Origin: Bacteroidota bacterium | GTDB lineage: Bacteria > Bacteroidota > Bacteroidia > JABDFU01 | Assembly: GCA_013286655.1 (NCBI GenBank) | Contig: JABDFG010000002.1 | Coordinates: 21,125 to 85,124, forward strand | DNA: 64,000 nt | Direction of reading: 5' to 3' | Shown: positions 10,162 to 20,763 of the stretch, one piece after another | Numbering within the stretch: the first letter of the stretch is position 1 | How the letters are laid out: the number at the start of each line of letters is the position of its first letter | Notes under the pieces: generated by a model | Seen by the model: only the letters and a program-made list of their open reading frames with translations | The model's database searches: none | What the model was told of the DNA's origin: nothing | Translations under genes and position numbers: made by a program

Positions 10162-10995
10162 TTAATAACTACTGATATCGATTCCTCCGAAAACAGAAGA
10201 ACCCTTGAGAATTAATACCTTGCCGGGCTCCGTAATATTGTCTTGCGGACGACGGTCTTCGATACCACCCATAAAGGTGACCGTTTCATCCGGATGTACC
10301 TGCCAATGGGGGGGTATAATAAGTTTAATCGCCCCAAAGACCTGGTTCAGTTCCAGCGTTACTTTACCCGTAATATCGGCCTGGCTGAGGTTAATTTCCA
10401 CCCCACCGAACACGCAGGTTACTTCCCCCCCCTTAAAATCCTTGGAAATAATATTTTTTTTGGTGCTCCCAAACACAACGACCGCATCCAGCCGCTCCTC
10501 CGTTGAACCCTGATTTCCGGAATAATTATCCTGTTGTTGCCATTCAACAGGGTGATGAAATCCCTGATGCCGCTGATGAAACCGATGGTGTTTATGCCTC
10601 CACTTGTTATGCCATCCATGGTAATTAAACCTGCGTTTGGGCCGGAAGATCATAAAAAGTCCGATGATGACGATAACAATCGGCCAGATAAATGGCCGTA
10701 TACTGAAACCCGGAATAAAATCATCCGCCAGGAACAATAAGCCGATCAGAATGGGAATAAGCCATCCGAAGCCCCGGAACAAATGACGGGCACCCACATA
10801 AATGCCGATCGCAATCAACAACATTTTCCAGGTCAATATCCAGCCCGGAATAAAATAGCCCATTTTTTCCAGGAATAAAACCGCTCCGATGCCGACTAAA
10901 ACAATACCACCTAATATCCTTCCTGCAGGAGGATGACGGTAATTGTGCCAATCCTGCCAGTCCTCCATTATTTTTTTCTGATCGTTCGTTTCCAT
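10162..10995 (-). CDS. LiaF/DUF2154-like membrane protein with a histidine-rich loop (cell-envelope stress module candidate)
   Basis: 277 aa with about 4 N-terminal TM helices, a His-rich segment (HGWHNKWRHKHHRFHQRHQGFHH), and a C-terminal beta-rich domain resembling LiaF/DUF4097 (VFGGVEINLSQADITGKVTLELNQVFGAIKL). Confidence 0.45.
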   Translation of the reverse strand: METNDQKKIMEDWQDWHNYRHPPAGRILGGIVLVGIGAVLFLEKMGYFIPGWILTWKMLLIAIGIYVGARHLFRGFGWLIPILIGLLFLADDFIPGFSIRPFIWPIVIVIIGLFMIFRPKRRFNYHGWHNKWRHKHHRFHQRHQGFHHPVEWQQQDNYSGNQGSTEERLDAVVVFGSTKKNIISKDFKGGEVTCVFGGVEINLSQADITGKVTLELNQVFGAIKLIIPPHWQVHPDETVTFMGGIEDRRPQDNITEPGKVLILKGSSVFGGIDISSY

Positions 10996-11052
10996 GTGCG
11001 TTAATTTTGATACAAAGCTATCGCTGCATCTTTATACAAGCAATGGCAATTA

Positions 11053-11081
11053 GGTAAATGCAGGCCTTTAGTCGGTGAATG
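11053..11081 (-). promoter_or_regulatory. Candidate LytTR operator: direct repeats CATTCACC / CATTTACC spaced exactly 21 bp, 58 bp upstream of the LiaF-like gene
   Basis: Read on the minus strand as CATTCACC(N13)CATTTACC. The same CATTA-type, 21-bp-phased architecture recurs at 42200 and 62033 next to the other LytTR regulators. Confidence 0.45.
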
Positions 11082-11122
11082 AAGGAAGTAGTTTTGTTAT
11101 TATAAAGGATTGGCCGAGCTAT

Positions 11123-14100
11123 TTATCTCAGCAGCGTCAGATTGCCCTTTTGGTTCACCTGCTGCCCGTTGGATAAGGTAGCCGTTAAATAGTACACGAA
11201 AACTGCCGGGTCCATCATTTTATTTCTGAAAACCCCGGTCCAGCCATTTTCCAGGGCAGATGTCTCAAATACGAGCTCTCCCCAGCGGTCATAGATCATC
11301 AAATGCAGTTGTGTAATGCAATCCGGGCCACGCAGGTAAAGCACATCATTCTGACCATCTCCATTGGGAGAAAATGCAGTCGGCATAAATAGTTGGGTGG
11401 CTTCGCAATTGGTAACAGTTATCAATACACTATCCATAGCCGAACAATTATTCACATCCGTTACGATGACATGGTAATTCGTCGTTTGGTTGGGATCCGC
11501 AATGGGATTATAGATGGTGGCGCTGTTCAAGGACGCAGCAGGAGTCCACAAATAGTGCAGCCCACCGCTCGCTGTTAATTGAACTTTTTGTCCGGGAATA
11601 ATCGTTTGAGCTGTTCCTGCTTCAGCGAGAGGAAGGGGTAAAAGTAAAACACTTGCTGTATCAGCAGCCGTACACCCATTTTTATCAGTAACCGTAACAA
11701 TATACGTTCCGGTATCCAGACCGGAAATAACCGGTCCTGTTTTTCCATTATTCCAATTATAGACATCACCCGTCCCGCTCGCACTCGCTGTTATTATTCC
11801 ATTCTTGTTCCCCTGACAGGTATTGGTAATGTTATCGGTAATCACCGGATTGGGTTCACTGATAACGGTAACACTGGAAGAGGCCGTACAGCCCGTAAGA
11901 TCAGTGGCTAAAACCGTATACGTTCCCACGGTAGTTACCGTGGCAGGATTAGCGGCTTTGACTAAAGATCCGCCGTTCCATATGAGGGTATTGCCTGGAC
12001 TGCTGGTGCCCGTCAGCATTACGCTGGAAACGTTGCAGTTTAAACTGCCGCTGCTATCCGCACTTATTGTTGGAGGAGTAGCAATAGTCACCGTCACTGT
12101 AGCTGTTAAAGAACTGCAATTGATACTGGAGGTACCCGTCACCGTATAAGTCATCGTGGATGCCGGGCGGGCAGTTACAACAGAATCCGTAGTAGAACTT
12201 AAACCGGAAGCAGGAGCCCAGGAATAACTATTTGCCCCGCTTGCCTTCAGCTGCACGGAATCTCCTGAACAAATGCTGGTATCGCGGCTTGCGCTGAAAT
12301 TCCATACCGCAGAACAAGAAATATTAAACTTAGCCAATATGAGAATTTCGTTTATGCCGGTTGTCGGAGTCGTCTGGTAATAAGCCCCTGGATAAGACTG
12401 AAGAGGGTATTTACTTCCGCCCTGGGCATCGCCTGTAACAAACACACTTGTTCCGTCGCTGGTGATATAACTCCCGTCGTTTTCCGTATCGTTTCCATAA
12501 TAGGTGGCCCACTGTACACTACCCGAAGTACTAAACTGCAAAATAAACAAGTTACCGGCGGGAGAATTTTGATAAAATCCATTGGTGCAAACTGGGTTCG
12601 TCGTCGGAAAGTCAGTTGCATTGGTTGAGCCGCTCACCCATACATTCTTACCATCACTTTGGATGGAATAACCCGTTTGTACACTCCCGGTTCCACCATA
12701 ATACGTGGCCCAGACGCAGGCACTCGTAGTACAACTGAACTGCAATATGAAAAGATCCTGAACTCCTGCCAGCGCAGCCTGATAATAAGCTGCCCCGGAG
12801 CGCTGGGTTGGAAAGGTGGAGGAATAGGTGTTTCCGGTCACCCATACATTTGTACCATCACTGCTGATAGAATTTCCCACGTCACTCGACTTCCCTCCGT
12901 AATACGTTGCCCATATCCGCGAACAGTTACTGCAATTGAACTCCAAAATAAAAACTTCGCCGCCTCCGCCCGCCAGCGCAGCTTGATAATACCCCAGGCC
13001 GGAAGGGGAACGCTGGGTGGAAAAATTATTTGAATTGGTGGCTCCGGTCACCCATACATTTGTGCCGTCACTGCTGATACCATTCCCGACATCGCCTCCC
13101 GATCCTCCATAATAGGTTGCCCATTCCAGGGCGCTGCTGCCGCAGGAGAATTTCAAAATAAAAACGTCTTTGTTTCCTGCGGCTCCTCCCAGCGCTCCCT
13201 GTTTATAGGAACCACCAGGTGTCAGCAAGGGAAAATCAGTTGACTGCGTATAGCCCGTTACCCATACATTCTTACCATCACTGCTAATGGAATTGCCAAA
13301 ATCACCATTGCTTCCTCCATAATAGGTTGCCCATATCCGGGCATTAGTGCTACAGCTGAATTGCAAAACAAAAAGATCATTGTCCCCTTGAAAGATTGCT
13401 TGATTATAAGCACCTACAAGTGCCTTGGTGGGAAAATCGGAGGAATAGGTATTTCCGGTCACCCATACGCTGGTTCCATCGCTATTGATGGAAGTTCCTG
13501 CAGCCCCTCCCCCTCCGGCACCATGACCGCTTCCTCCGTAATAGGTAGACCAGATCAGTTGTCCGCAAGAACTAAACTGAAGGATGATCATTGAAGCAGT
13601 TCCTGTAGCCGTTGCTTCAAAATAAGCTGTCCCTGGATGTGGGTTAATGGTCGGAAAACTCTTATAATTTGACCGTCCGGTCACCCATACAGATGCTCCA
13701 TCCGTGTGCATACCCTGAATCTCCTGGTAAAATCCTGCCGGACCGCCTCCGAGATAATACGTGGCCCAGGTAAGAGAAGGATCGATAACAAGTATTTCGT
13801 TTGTATTATATGCACCTACGGTGAATCCCAATTCATTATTTTTTAAAGCGTAATGCGTAGGTATGACATGCGCTCTATCTTGTCCATAACTCACCGGGGC
13901 ACCCTCCATCAGATCACCCTCCGGGGTGCTTATTTTTACGGAACCATCTTTTTGTAAAAGAGGTTTGTCAGTCCATTTATACCTAAGCCGGATCAGGGAA
14001 GGATCAGCTCCGGGATGCACAATAAAATCGTATTTAAGTCCAGATGCATTTCTCTTTTGACTTTCCAACTTTCCAACTTTTAAACTGTAAAGCACCCAAT

Positions 14101-14626
14101 CAATTCCAGGGTACACATTTCTGATGGTGATCTTTTCATAGCTGTGCACATCCCTCACGCCTTCCGGACAATGGGCCAGATAAAAATCTGTACGATCCTC
14201 ACTTTCGTATTCTTTAACAGTGTTCTCCTTCTTTATCGTCGCCCCCACCAGTTCCATGTCCGCCCGGCAGTATTGAATGCTGATCCCCTGCATTTCATTA
14301 TGCCAGGCTTGTGCCGGCGGTTCAGAGGAATTATCCAGGCCTGGTGCAACAGATCTCTCCGCTTTGGCAAACACATAACTTAATCCCCAGGATGTAACGT
14401 ACAGATCCATTCCGGCGCCACCTGCCCTGAACAACAGGTCGTTCACAGGCTGTCCCTGGAGATCGCTCATTTGGCCCTTGTTCTCCGTAAAACGAAGCGT
14501 CCCGCTTTTTTGCATCCAGCTCTCTACTTTTGACTTTAGCGCAGGATCTTCCGCAAAAACCTGCAGAAAAGAAGAGATAAGTAGAAAAGAAACAAAAAGA
14601 CAGGTTCTGAACGTAATTTTTTCCAA
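11123..14626 (-). CDS. Large secreted protein: SBBP/beta-propeller repeats + Ig-like domains + T9SS type-B (gliding-motility-associated) C-terminal domain
   Basis: 1167 aa with a signal peptide, about 9 WATYYGG beta-propeller repeats and Ig-like Cys-containing domains. The C-terminus FSPNGDGQNDVLYL...YDRWGELVF...NLTLLR matches the type-B CTD. The in-frame start is TTG per the track, with no upstream ATG. Confidence 0.8.
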   Translation of the reverse strand: MEKITFRTCLFVSFLLISSFLQVFAEDPALKSKVESWMQKSGTLRFTENKGQMSDLQGQPVNDLLFRAGGAGMDLYVTSWGLSYVFAKAERSVAPGLDNSSEPPAQAWHNEMQGISIQYCRADMELVGATIKKENTVKEYESEDRTDFYLAHCPEGVRDVHSYEKITIRNVYPGIDWVLYSLKVGKLESQKRNASGLKYDFIVHPGADPSLIRLRYKWTDKPLLQKDGSVKISTPEGDLMEGAPVSYGQDRAHVIPTHYALKNNELGFTVGAYNTNEILVIDPSLTWATYYLGGGPAGFYQEIQGMHTDGASVWVTGRSNYKSFPTINPHPGTAYFEATATGTASMIILQFSSCGQLIWSTYYGGSGHGAGGGGAAGTSINSDGTSVWVTGNTYSSDFPTKALVGAYNQAIFQGDNDLFVLQFSCSTNARIWATYYGGSNGDFGNSISSDGKNVWVTGYTQSTDFPLLTPGGSYKQGALGGAAGNKDVFILKFSCGSSALEWATYYGGSGGDVGNGISSDGTNVWVTGATNSNNFSTQRSPSGLGYYQAALAGGGGEVFILEFNCSNCSRIWATYYGGKSSDVGNSISSDGTNVWVTGNTYSSTFPTQRSGAAYYQAALAGVQDLFILQFSCTTSACVWATYYGGTGSVQTGYSIQSDGKNVWVSGSTNATDFPTTNPVCTNGFYQNSPAGNLFILQFSTSGSVQWATYYGNDTENDGSYITSDGTSVFVTGDAQGGSKYPLQSYPGAYYQTTPTTGINEILILAKFNISCSAVWNFSASRDTSICSGDSVQLKASGANSYSWAPASGLSSTTDSVVTARPASTMTYTVTGTSSINCSSLTATVTVTIATPPTISADSSGSLNCNVSSVMLTGTSSPGNTLIWNGGSLVKAANPATVTTVGTYTVLATDLTGCTASSSVTVISEPNPVITDNITNTCQGNKNGIITASASGTGDVYNWNNGKTGPVISGLDTGTYIVTVTDKNGCTAADTASVLLLPLPLAEAGTAQTIIPGQKVQLTASGGLHYLWTPAASLNSATIYNPIADPNQTTNYHVIVTDVNNCSAMDSVLITVTNCEATQLFMPTAFSPNGDGQNDVLYLRGPDCITQLHLMIYDRWGELVFETSALENGWTGVFRNKMMDPAVFVYYLTATLSNGQQVNQKGNLTLLR

Positions 14627-14717
14627 CGGCGTGAACGTATTTACAGTACACCACTAACATAAGAAATAAACGGAACAATTCAAAAGCAGCCGACTTTGTT
14701 TTCTTTACCTTCGCAGT

Positions 14718-15053
14718 ATGACCGATGCCCAGTTAGAGCAGGAATGGAAAAGCATACTGCAAACCTTGAATCCTCAATTCGGAGATTTAGATATACAGGG
14801 AATCCTTTTCCTGATCGGCATTCAGGAATTAGGCAAGGGTTATCAGAAATTCAAGAAAGACGAAAAACTGGAGGTGATGCACATCGCCATCTGTACTATT
14901 CTGGAGCCCTATGGGCACTATGAGTTTATAGGGCGGGACGAAGAAGGCTGGCCTCATTGGAAGGCAAATGAAAAGTTGCCGCCCTTGAAACCCCTGCAGC
15001 AGGAATTACTCATGAAGGAAGCCGCCATAGAATATTTTAAAAACAGGGTTTGA
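14718..15053 (+). CDS. Hypothetical cytoplasmic protein
   Basis: 111 aa, clean ORF, no recognised motif. Confidence 0.4.
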   Translation: MTDAQLEQEWKSILQTLNPQFGDLDIQGILFLIGIQELGKGYQKFKKDEKLEVMHIAICTILEPYGHYEFIGRDEEGWPHWKANEKLPPLKPLQQELLMKEAAIEYFKNRV

Positions 15054-15078
15054 AGAAAGCCTCTGAGAGATAATCTCG

Positions 15079-15462
15079 TTATCTAAAGGTAAAAGTCTGA
15101 GAAACCGTTGAGCCCTGAACCAATTTAATAATCCCCAGTGTATCCCGTTTCCCCTTATAAGTTACATCCACATCGTAAATAGCCGGCTCCTTGAATATAA
15201 ACGTGGTCGTTCCCGTACCATCTGTATTCTGAGTTGTCACGGTAGTCGTCTGGGGTCCGGCAGATACCGTATTGTATTGAAGCGAAACAGCCGCATTCGC
15301 ACAAGGTCTGCTCAAGGTATCCAGAATGGTAATAACCGCCTTGCAATCCATGTTTTTTTGGCAAGAGGGTAAGGAATAAAGGAAACTTAACAGCAACCCG
15401 CTCAAAATCAGCGTGCTCAATAACCCCACCTTTTTAATTTTTTTACCCAACATAATTCCCAA
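15079..15462 (-). CDS. Hypothetical lipoprotein (signal peptide + Cys)
   Basis: 127 aa with the N-terminus MGIMLGKKIKKVGLLSTLILSGLLLSFLYSLPSCQ. Confidence 0.4.
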   Translation of the reverse strand: MGIMLGKKIKKVGLLSTLILSGLLLSFLYSLPSCQKNMDCKAVITILDTLSRPCANAAVSLQYNTVSAGPQTTTVTTQNTDGTGTTTFIFKEPAIYDVDVTYKGKRDTLGIIKLVQGSTVSQTFTFR

Positions 15463-15537
15463 TACAGTTTCTTATACCTTTGTAACTAACAAACCTACAT
15501 GATTTTGAGTATAATTCAAACAAAAAAGCTGATTACT

Positions 15538-16386
15538 ATGTTCGGAAAAGTATTTTTAGGGATAGCCCTGACCTTTGTGTCCTTTGTGCACGCTGGTTTT
15601 GCTGCGAATGACGGAAAACCCAAAGAAACACAGGTGACCATTGTAACCACAGAAGGAATTATAAGAGTTAAATTATACAATGAAACACCCCAGCACCGGG
15701 ATAACTTCATTCAGCTTGTCAATAGCCATTATTACGATAGTACTCTTTTTCACCGGGTCATCCATGAATTTATGATACAGGGCGGAGATCCCGACTCAAA
15801 AGCGGCTAAACCCGGAGATCAGTTGGGAAATGGCGGGCCAGGTTATACCATCCCGGCAGAATTCATGCCCGATAAACTCTACCACAAAAAAGGAGCCTTA
15901 GCTGCTGCCCGAAATGGAGACGATGTGAATCCAGGCAAAGCATCTTCCGGAAGCCAATTCTACATTGTACAGGGAAAAGTTTTTACCGATGCGGAACTGA
16001 CAACCATGGAACAACGCATGCAGCTGCAAAAAAAACAAGAGGCATTTTTCATCCTTCTTAACAAACCTGAAAATACCCAGCTCAAACTCAAATTTTTCAG
16101 CTTCCGTCAGCAACAGCAAACGGATAGCCTGATGGCCATTGCTCAATCTTTGGATCCCCAGGTGCAGGCAGAAGTCGCAAAAAATCCGGTCTTCAAATTC
16201 AGTCCCGAACAACGTACTACCTATTCTACCGTTGGAGGGGTGCCACACCTGGACGGAAACTATACCGTATTCGGAGAAGTAACAGAGGGCCTTGACATTG
16301 TAGACAAAATAGCAGCAACAAAAACGCTAACGGGGGATCGTCCGGAAAAGGACATACGCGTTCTGAAGATGATCCTTGAAAAATAA
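15538..16386 (+). CDS. Peptidyl-prolyl cis-trans isomerase, cyclophilin type, secreted
   Basis: Cyclophilin signature HRVIHEFMIQGGDP. The start is set at the internal ATG (MFGKVFLGIALTFVSFVHAGFA signal peptide). The track ORF begins 39 nt upstream at 15499. Confidence 0.8.
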   Translation: MFGKVFLGIALTFVSFVHAGFAANDGKPKETQVTIVTTEGIIRVKLYNETPQHRDNFIQLVNSHYYDSTLFHRVIHEFMIQGGDPDSKAAKPGDQLGNGGPGYTIPAEFMPDKLYHKKGALAAARNGDDVNPGKASSGSQFYIVQGKVFTDAELTTMEQRMQLQKKQEAFFILLNKPENTQLKLKFFSFRQQQQTDSLMAIAQSLDPQVQAEVAKNPVFKFSPEQRTTYSTVGGVPHLDGNYTVFGEVTEGLDIVDKIAATKTLTGDRPEKDIRVLKMILEK

Positions 16387-16392
16387 AGAACG

Positions 16393-17406
16393 GTGCAAGA
16401 AAAAATACAGGAAATATTATCGGAGATAGAACAATTCCAGGCCTCAACTAAAGAGGCACTGGAAAACTTCCGAATAAAACTACTCAGTAAAAAGGGCGAC
16501 ATCAGTATATTATTTGATAATTTCAAAAACGTATCACCCGAGCAAAAACGGGAAGTCGGGCAAAAACTCAACGAACTAAAAAACAGGGCTCAGGAAAAAA
16601 TAAACGCTCAGAAAGAAAAGTTTGAACAGGCAGAAGATCCGGGCATTGCAGCAATAGACCTGAGTCTGCCCGGAGAATCCATAACTCTGGGCAGTCGTCA
16701 TCCCATCTCCCTGGTACGGAAACAGATTATTGAAATTTTTTCGCGTATAGGTTTTATCCTGGCCGAAGGTCCTGAAATAGAAGATGACTGGCATAATTTC
16801 ACAGCACTTAACTTTCCCGAAAACCATCCCGCACGGGATATGCAGGATACCTTTTTTATCAGCGATGGTCTTGCACTTCGCACACATACCTCTTCGGTGC
16901 AGATTCGGATGATGGAAAGCAGCAAACCACCCATGCGTATGCTGGCACCTGGACGCGTGTACCGCAACGAAGCGATATCCGCCCGGGCACATTGTTTTTT
17001 TCACCAGGTAGAAGGCTTTTACATCGATACTAATGTATCCTTCGCGGATCTTAAACAAACACTCTTATACTTCTCAAAGGAAATGTTCGGGGAAGAAACA
17101 AAAATACGATTGCGCCCATCTTATTTTCCATTCACGGAACCAAGCGCCGAAATGGACATCTCCTGCAATATTTGTGGAGGAAAAGGTTGTAATGTCTGCA
17201 AACAAACCGGCTGGGTGGAAATCTTAGGTTGCGGTATGATTGATCCCTCCGTACTTGATAATTGTAAAATAGACAGCAAAAAATACAGAGGATTCGCCTT
17301 CGGAATGGGTGTCGAGCGTATCACGATGTTAAAATATCAACTAAAAGATCTGAGGCTTTTTTCTGAAAACGATGTGCGGTTTCTAAATCAGTTCAAATCC
17401 GTTTAA
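16393..17406 (+). CDS. pheS: Phenylalanine--tRNA ligase alpha subunit
   Basis: 337 aa with class II aaRS motifs ([38 protein letters not shown]). Confidence 0.9.
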   Translation: MQEKIQEILSEIEQFQASTKEALENFRIKLLSKKGDISILFDNFKNVSPEQKREVGQKLNELKNRAQEKINAQKEKFEQAEDPGIAAIDLSLPGESITLGSRHPISLVRKQIIEIFSRIGFILAEGPEIEDDWHNFTALNFPENHPARDMQDTFFISDGLALRTHTSSVQIRMMESSKPPMRMLAPGRVYRNEAISARAHCFFHQVEGFYIDTNVSFADLKQTLLYFSKEMFGEETKIRLRPSYFPFTEPSAEMDISCNICGGKGCNVCKQTGWVEILGCGMIDPSVLDNCKIDSKKYRGFAFGMGVERITMLKYQLKDLRLFSENDVRFLNQFKSV

Positions 17407-17440
17407 CATTATTGTCTTGAGTTTATCGTTGTCTTAAACC

Positions 17441-18640
17441 CTAAGCGGCAGGTTGTTTCAATACCCCCAATTCCTTTCCCACTTTTTCAAACGCAGCAAT
17501 CGCTTTATCCAGGTGAGCCTTTTCATGGGCAGCCGAAAGCTGCACCCGGATGCGGGCCTGACCTTTAGGTACTACAGGGTAGAAGAACCCAATCACATAT
17601 ATTCCTTCCAGCAATAATTTATCCGCAAATTGCTGGGCCAGTTTCGCATCGTATAACATAACCGGTACAATCGCCGAATCCCCCTCTTTGAACTCAAGGC
17701 CAATCCTTTTCATCCCCTGTTTGAAGTAATTAATATTCCATTCCAATTTATCACGTAAAGCAGTGGTCTGGCTCAGCATATCAAAAACAGCAATCGAAGC
17801 CCCGACAATATGCGGAGCCAGCGAATTACTAAAAAGATAAGGACGGGAGCGTTGGCGTAATAGTTCAATAATCTCCTTGTGCCCGGTCGTAAAGCCTCCC
17901 ATGGCACCGCCCAAAGCTTTACCAAGCGTACCGGTGATCAGGTCAACTCTTCCCAGTACATTTTTCAACTCCACCGTTCCCCGACCCGTCTTTCCGATAA
18001 AACCCGTCGCATGACTTTCATCCACCATTACCAGTGCTTTGTATTTATCCGCCAGGTCACAAATTTTATCCAGGGGGGCCACAAATCCATCCATCGAAAA
18101 AACTCCATCCGTCACAATCAAACGAAAGCGCTGGTGCTGCGCTTTTTTCAGCTGTTCTTCCAGGTCGGCCATATCCGAATTCTTGTACCGGTAGCGCTGA
18201 GCTTTGCACAAACGTACTCCATCAATAATCGAAGCATGGTTCAGTTCGTCCGAAATAATCGCATCTTCTTCTCCCAGCAAAGGCTCAAACACTCCGCCGT
18301 TTGCATCGAAGCAGGCAGCGTACAAAATGGTATCTTCCGTCTTTAAAAATGTGGCAATTTTACGTTCAAGTTCTTTGTGAATATCCTGCGTACCGCAGAT
18401 AAAACGCACACTCGACATGCCATAACCCCTAGTGTCCAGGGTCTTATGAGCTGCCTCAATTACTTTAGGATGAGAGGATAATCCCAGGTAATTATTCGCA
18501 CAAAAAATAATAACTTCCTGGCCCTTGACTTTTACGATCGCACCCTGTTCTGTCTCCAGGACACGTTCACGTTTGAACAAACCATTCTCCTGTATGGTTT
18601 GCAGTTCTTTTTCGATATGATTCCTGAAATCTCCGTACAT
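17441..18640 (-). CDS. kbl: Glycine C-acetyltransferase (2-amino-3-ketobutyrate CoA ligase)
   Basis: 399 aa, near-colinear with E. coli Kbl ([39 protein letters not shown]-lysine region, [14 protein letters not shown]). Confidence 0.85.
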   Translation of the reverse strand: MYGDFRNHIEKELQTIQENGLFKRERVLETEQGAIVKVKGQEVIIFCANNYLGLSSHPKVIEAAHKTLDTRGYGMSSVRFICGTQDIHKELERKIATFLKTEDTILYAACFDANGGVFEPLLGEEDAIISDELNHASIIDGVRLCKAQRYRYKNSDMADLEEQLKKAQHQRFRLIVTDGVFSMDGFVAPLDKICDLADKYKALVMVDESHATGFIGKTGRGTVELKNVLGRVDLITGTLGKALGGAMGGFTTGHKEIIELLRQRSRPYLFSNSLAPHIVGASIAVFDMLSQTTALRDKLEWNINYFKQGMKRIGLEFKEGDSAIVPVMLYDAKLAQQFADKLLLEGIYVIGFFYPVVPKGQARIRVQLSAAHEKAHLDKAIAAFEKVGKELGVLKQPAA

Positions 18641-18648
18641 AGGGCATT

Positions 18649-19941
18649 CTATGGGAAAATGCCTCTTTCAATATACGCCTTCTCCAGACGAGTCAATGCC
18701 ACAATGTAAGCGGCCGTGCGCAGGTCGGTTTTATGTGCTTTGGCCGTTTTGCTCACATTCGCATAGGCCTCGATCACCTTCTTTTTTATTTTTTCAATCA
18801 CTTCTTCCATTTCCCAGTACTCACTCCGTTTATTCTGCAGCCATTCAAAATAGCTGCCAATAACTCCGGCAGAATTACACAATACATCCGGAATCAAACC
18901 AATACCCCTTTCCTGGAGAATTAAATCAGCTTCCGGAGTAGTCGGGCCGTTTGCACCTTCCGCCACCAATTTTACATTCAACAATGGGGCCGTTTCAAGC
19001 GTAATCTGATTACTCAGCGCGGCAGGAATAAATACATCCGCCTTCAGGCTTAAAAATTCCTTATGACTAATGGCAACTACATTGGGATAATGACTGATCT
19101 TTCCATGATTGTTTTTAGCAAACGTAATCAGCTCCTCGGGATCAATCCCTTTTTCACTGTAGATAATACCACTTACATCCTCCACAGCTAATAGTTTCGC
19201 CCCTTTTTGCTTCATAAAATAAGCCGACCAGGAACCCACATTTCCAAACCCCTGAACGATATAGGTAGCTTTTGCCAGATCCAGTTTATGATCCCTTGCC
19301 CATTCGGCAATCGTTGTGACCACCCCATAACCTGTAGCCCTGTCGCGTCCCAGCGTTCCGCCTGAGTTCAAAGGTTTCCCGGTGACTACATGTAAACTAT
19401 TATTCCGTTCTCCCTGAGAACGGGTCGAAAGATACGTATCAAGAATCCAAGCCATCGTTTGAGGGCCTGTATTTACATCCGGTGCCGGAATGTCGTATTC
19501 CGGGCCAATATTATTTCCAAGAGCAAAAGTAAACCTGCGGGTAATACGTTCCAGCTCACCATCACTGCATTTAGTCGGATCAAATTGAATACCGCCCTTG
19601 GCGCCTCCGTAGGGAAGACCTGCAATAGCTGTTTTCCAGGTCATCCAGGTCGCCAGTGCTTTTGCATCATCCAGGTCAACCGAAGGATGATACCGCAAGC
19701 CCCCTTTATAGGGCCCTAAAATATTATTATGCTGTACCCGGTATCCGGTAAACATTTTTATCTGTCCATCGTCCATCTTTACCGGGAAATGAACCACAAT
19801 TTCGTTAGCTGTTTGCGAAAGGATATTGCGTATCCCTTTATTCATGTTCATCAGATCCGCAGCCTTGTTAAACTGTACCTGCACATCTTCGTAAAGTGAT
19901 TTGTGGGTTGTTGTCATGGTCTTCTGTTTTGACTCTGTCAT
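18649..19941 (-). CDS. gdhA: NAD(P)-specific glutamate dehydrogenase
   Basis: 430 aa with the Glu/Leu/Phe/Val dehydrogenase signature GGLRYHP...LPYGGAKGG and the dinucleotide fold GFGNVG. Confidence 0.85.
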   Translation of the reverse strand: MTESKQKTMTTTHKSLYEDVQVQFNKAADLMNMNKGIRNILSQTANEIVVHFPVKMDDGQIKMFTGYRVQHNNILGPYKGGLRYHPSVDLDDAKALATWMTWKTAIAGLPYGGAKGGIQFDPTKCSDGELERITRRFTFALGNNIGPEYDIPAPDVNTGPQTMAWILDTYLSTRSQGERNNSLHVVTGKPLNSGGTLGRDRATGYGVVTTIAEWARDHKLDLAKATYIVQGFGNVGSWSAYFMKQKGAKLLAVEDVSGIIYSEKGIDPEELITFAKNNHGKISHYPNVVAISHKEFLSLKADVFIPAALSNQITLETAPLLNVKLVAEGANGPTTPEADLILQERGIGLIPDVLCNSAGVIGSYFEWLQNKRSEYWEMEEVIEKIKKKVIEAYANVSKTAKAHKTDLRTAAYIVALTRLEKAYIERGIFP

Positions 19942-20076
19942 TAGGCTGCAAATGTACGTTTTTTGGAGGTGAAAAACCCAGATTAAGGTTTAAATGGACT
20001 GACGATCAAATCCTTCGCATAAAAACCAATATTAACAGGATATTAAGCTAATATTAATCGACGAATATTTTTTTGC

Positions 20077-20493
20077 TCAGACCATCGCAATTACCTTTAA
20101 TTCAATGGCAATAGGAGTAGGCAGGCAATTAATCTCAATCGTCGTGCGGCAGGGAGGATTTTCCTTAAAATACTCCGCCCATAATTTATTGTACTGCGCA
20201 AAATCATTCTTCATATTCGTCAGAAAGACACTCACATCCACAATTTTATCCCAGCTGCTTCCAGCCTCTTCCAGTATGTATTTCACATTGCGGAACACGC
20301 TGTGACATTGTGCTTCTATATCATAGCTAAGGATGGCACCCTTTTCATCCAGTTCCACTCCCGGTATTTTTTTTGTGCCGCGCTCCCGCGGGCCGACACC
20401 CGATAAAAATAAAAGATTTCCCACACGCTTTGCATGCGGATAAAGCCCAACTGGTTCGGGAGCTTTAGAAGAATTGATCTGGTCTTTATTCAT
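20077..20493 (-). CDS. RidA/YjgF-family reactive-intermediate deaminase
   Basis: RidA fold motifs (AKRVGNLLFLSGV, TTIEINCLP). The track start at 20514 is TTG, so the start was moved to the in-frame ATG at 20493. Confidence 0.75.
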   Translation of the reverse strand: MNKDQINSSKAPEPVGLYPHAKRVGNLLFLSGVGPRERGTKKIPGVELDEKGAILSYDIEAQCHSVFRNVKYILEEAGSSWDKIVDVSVFLTNMKNDFAQYNKLWAEYFKENPPCRTTIEINCLPTPIAIELKVIAMV

Positions 20494-20601
20494 GATCTCA
20501 GCGTTTATCTGCAAATGTAGAAATCTTTAACATTTATTAACACGCAGGTAATAACATTTGAAGCGTCTCCGGGTTATACTTGTATACCAAAACAGCTAAC
20601 C

Positions 20602-20736
20602 ATGTTCATCCAACTCACCATCGTCCTGTTACTGACAATTTTTATTGTGTGCATGGCCTTTCTGGTTATAAGTTCGGAAGATGCAGACAAAGCCTATAAA
20701 AAAGCCAAAGACAACGACGCCCTTCCCGGAGTGTGA
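20602..20736 (+). CDS. Small (44 aa) single-TM protein, hypothetical
   Basis: Manually translated as MFIQLTIVLLLTIFIVCMAFLVISSEDADKAYKKAKDNDALPGV. It is followed by a CCGGAG/CTCCGG hairpin at 20717-20740. Below the ORF-track size cutoff, so weak evidence. Confidence 0.25.
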   Translation: MFIQLTIVLLLTIFIVCMAFLVISSEDADKAYKKAKDNDALPGV

Positions 20737-20763
20737 CCCCTCCGGCACTTCGCTGAGGTCTTC

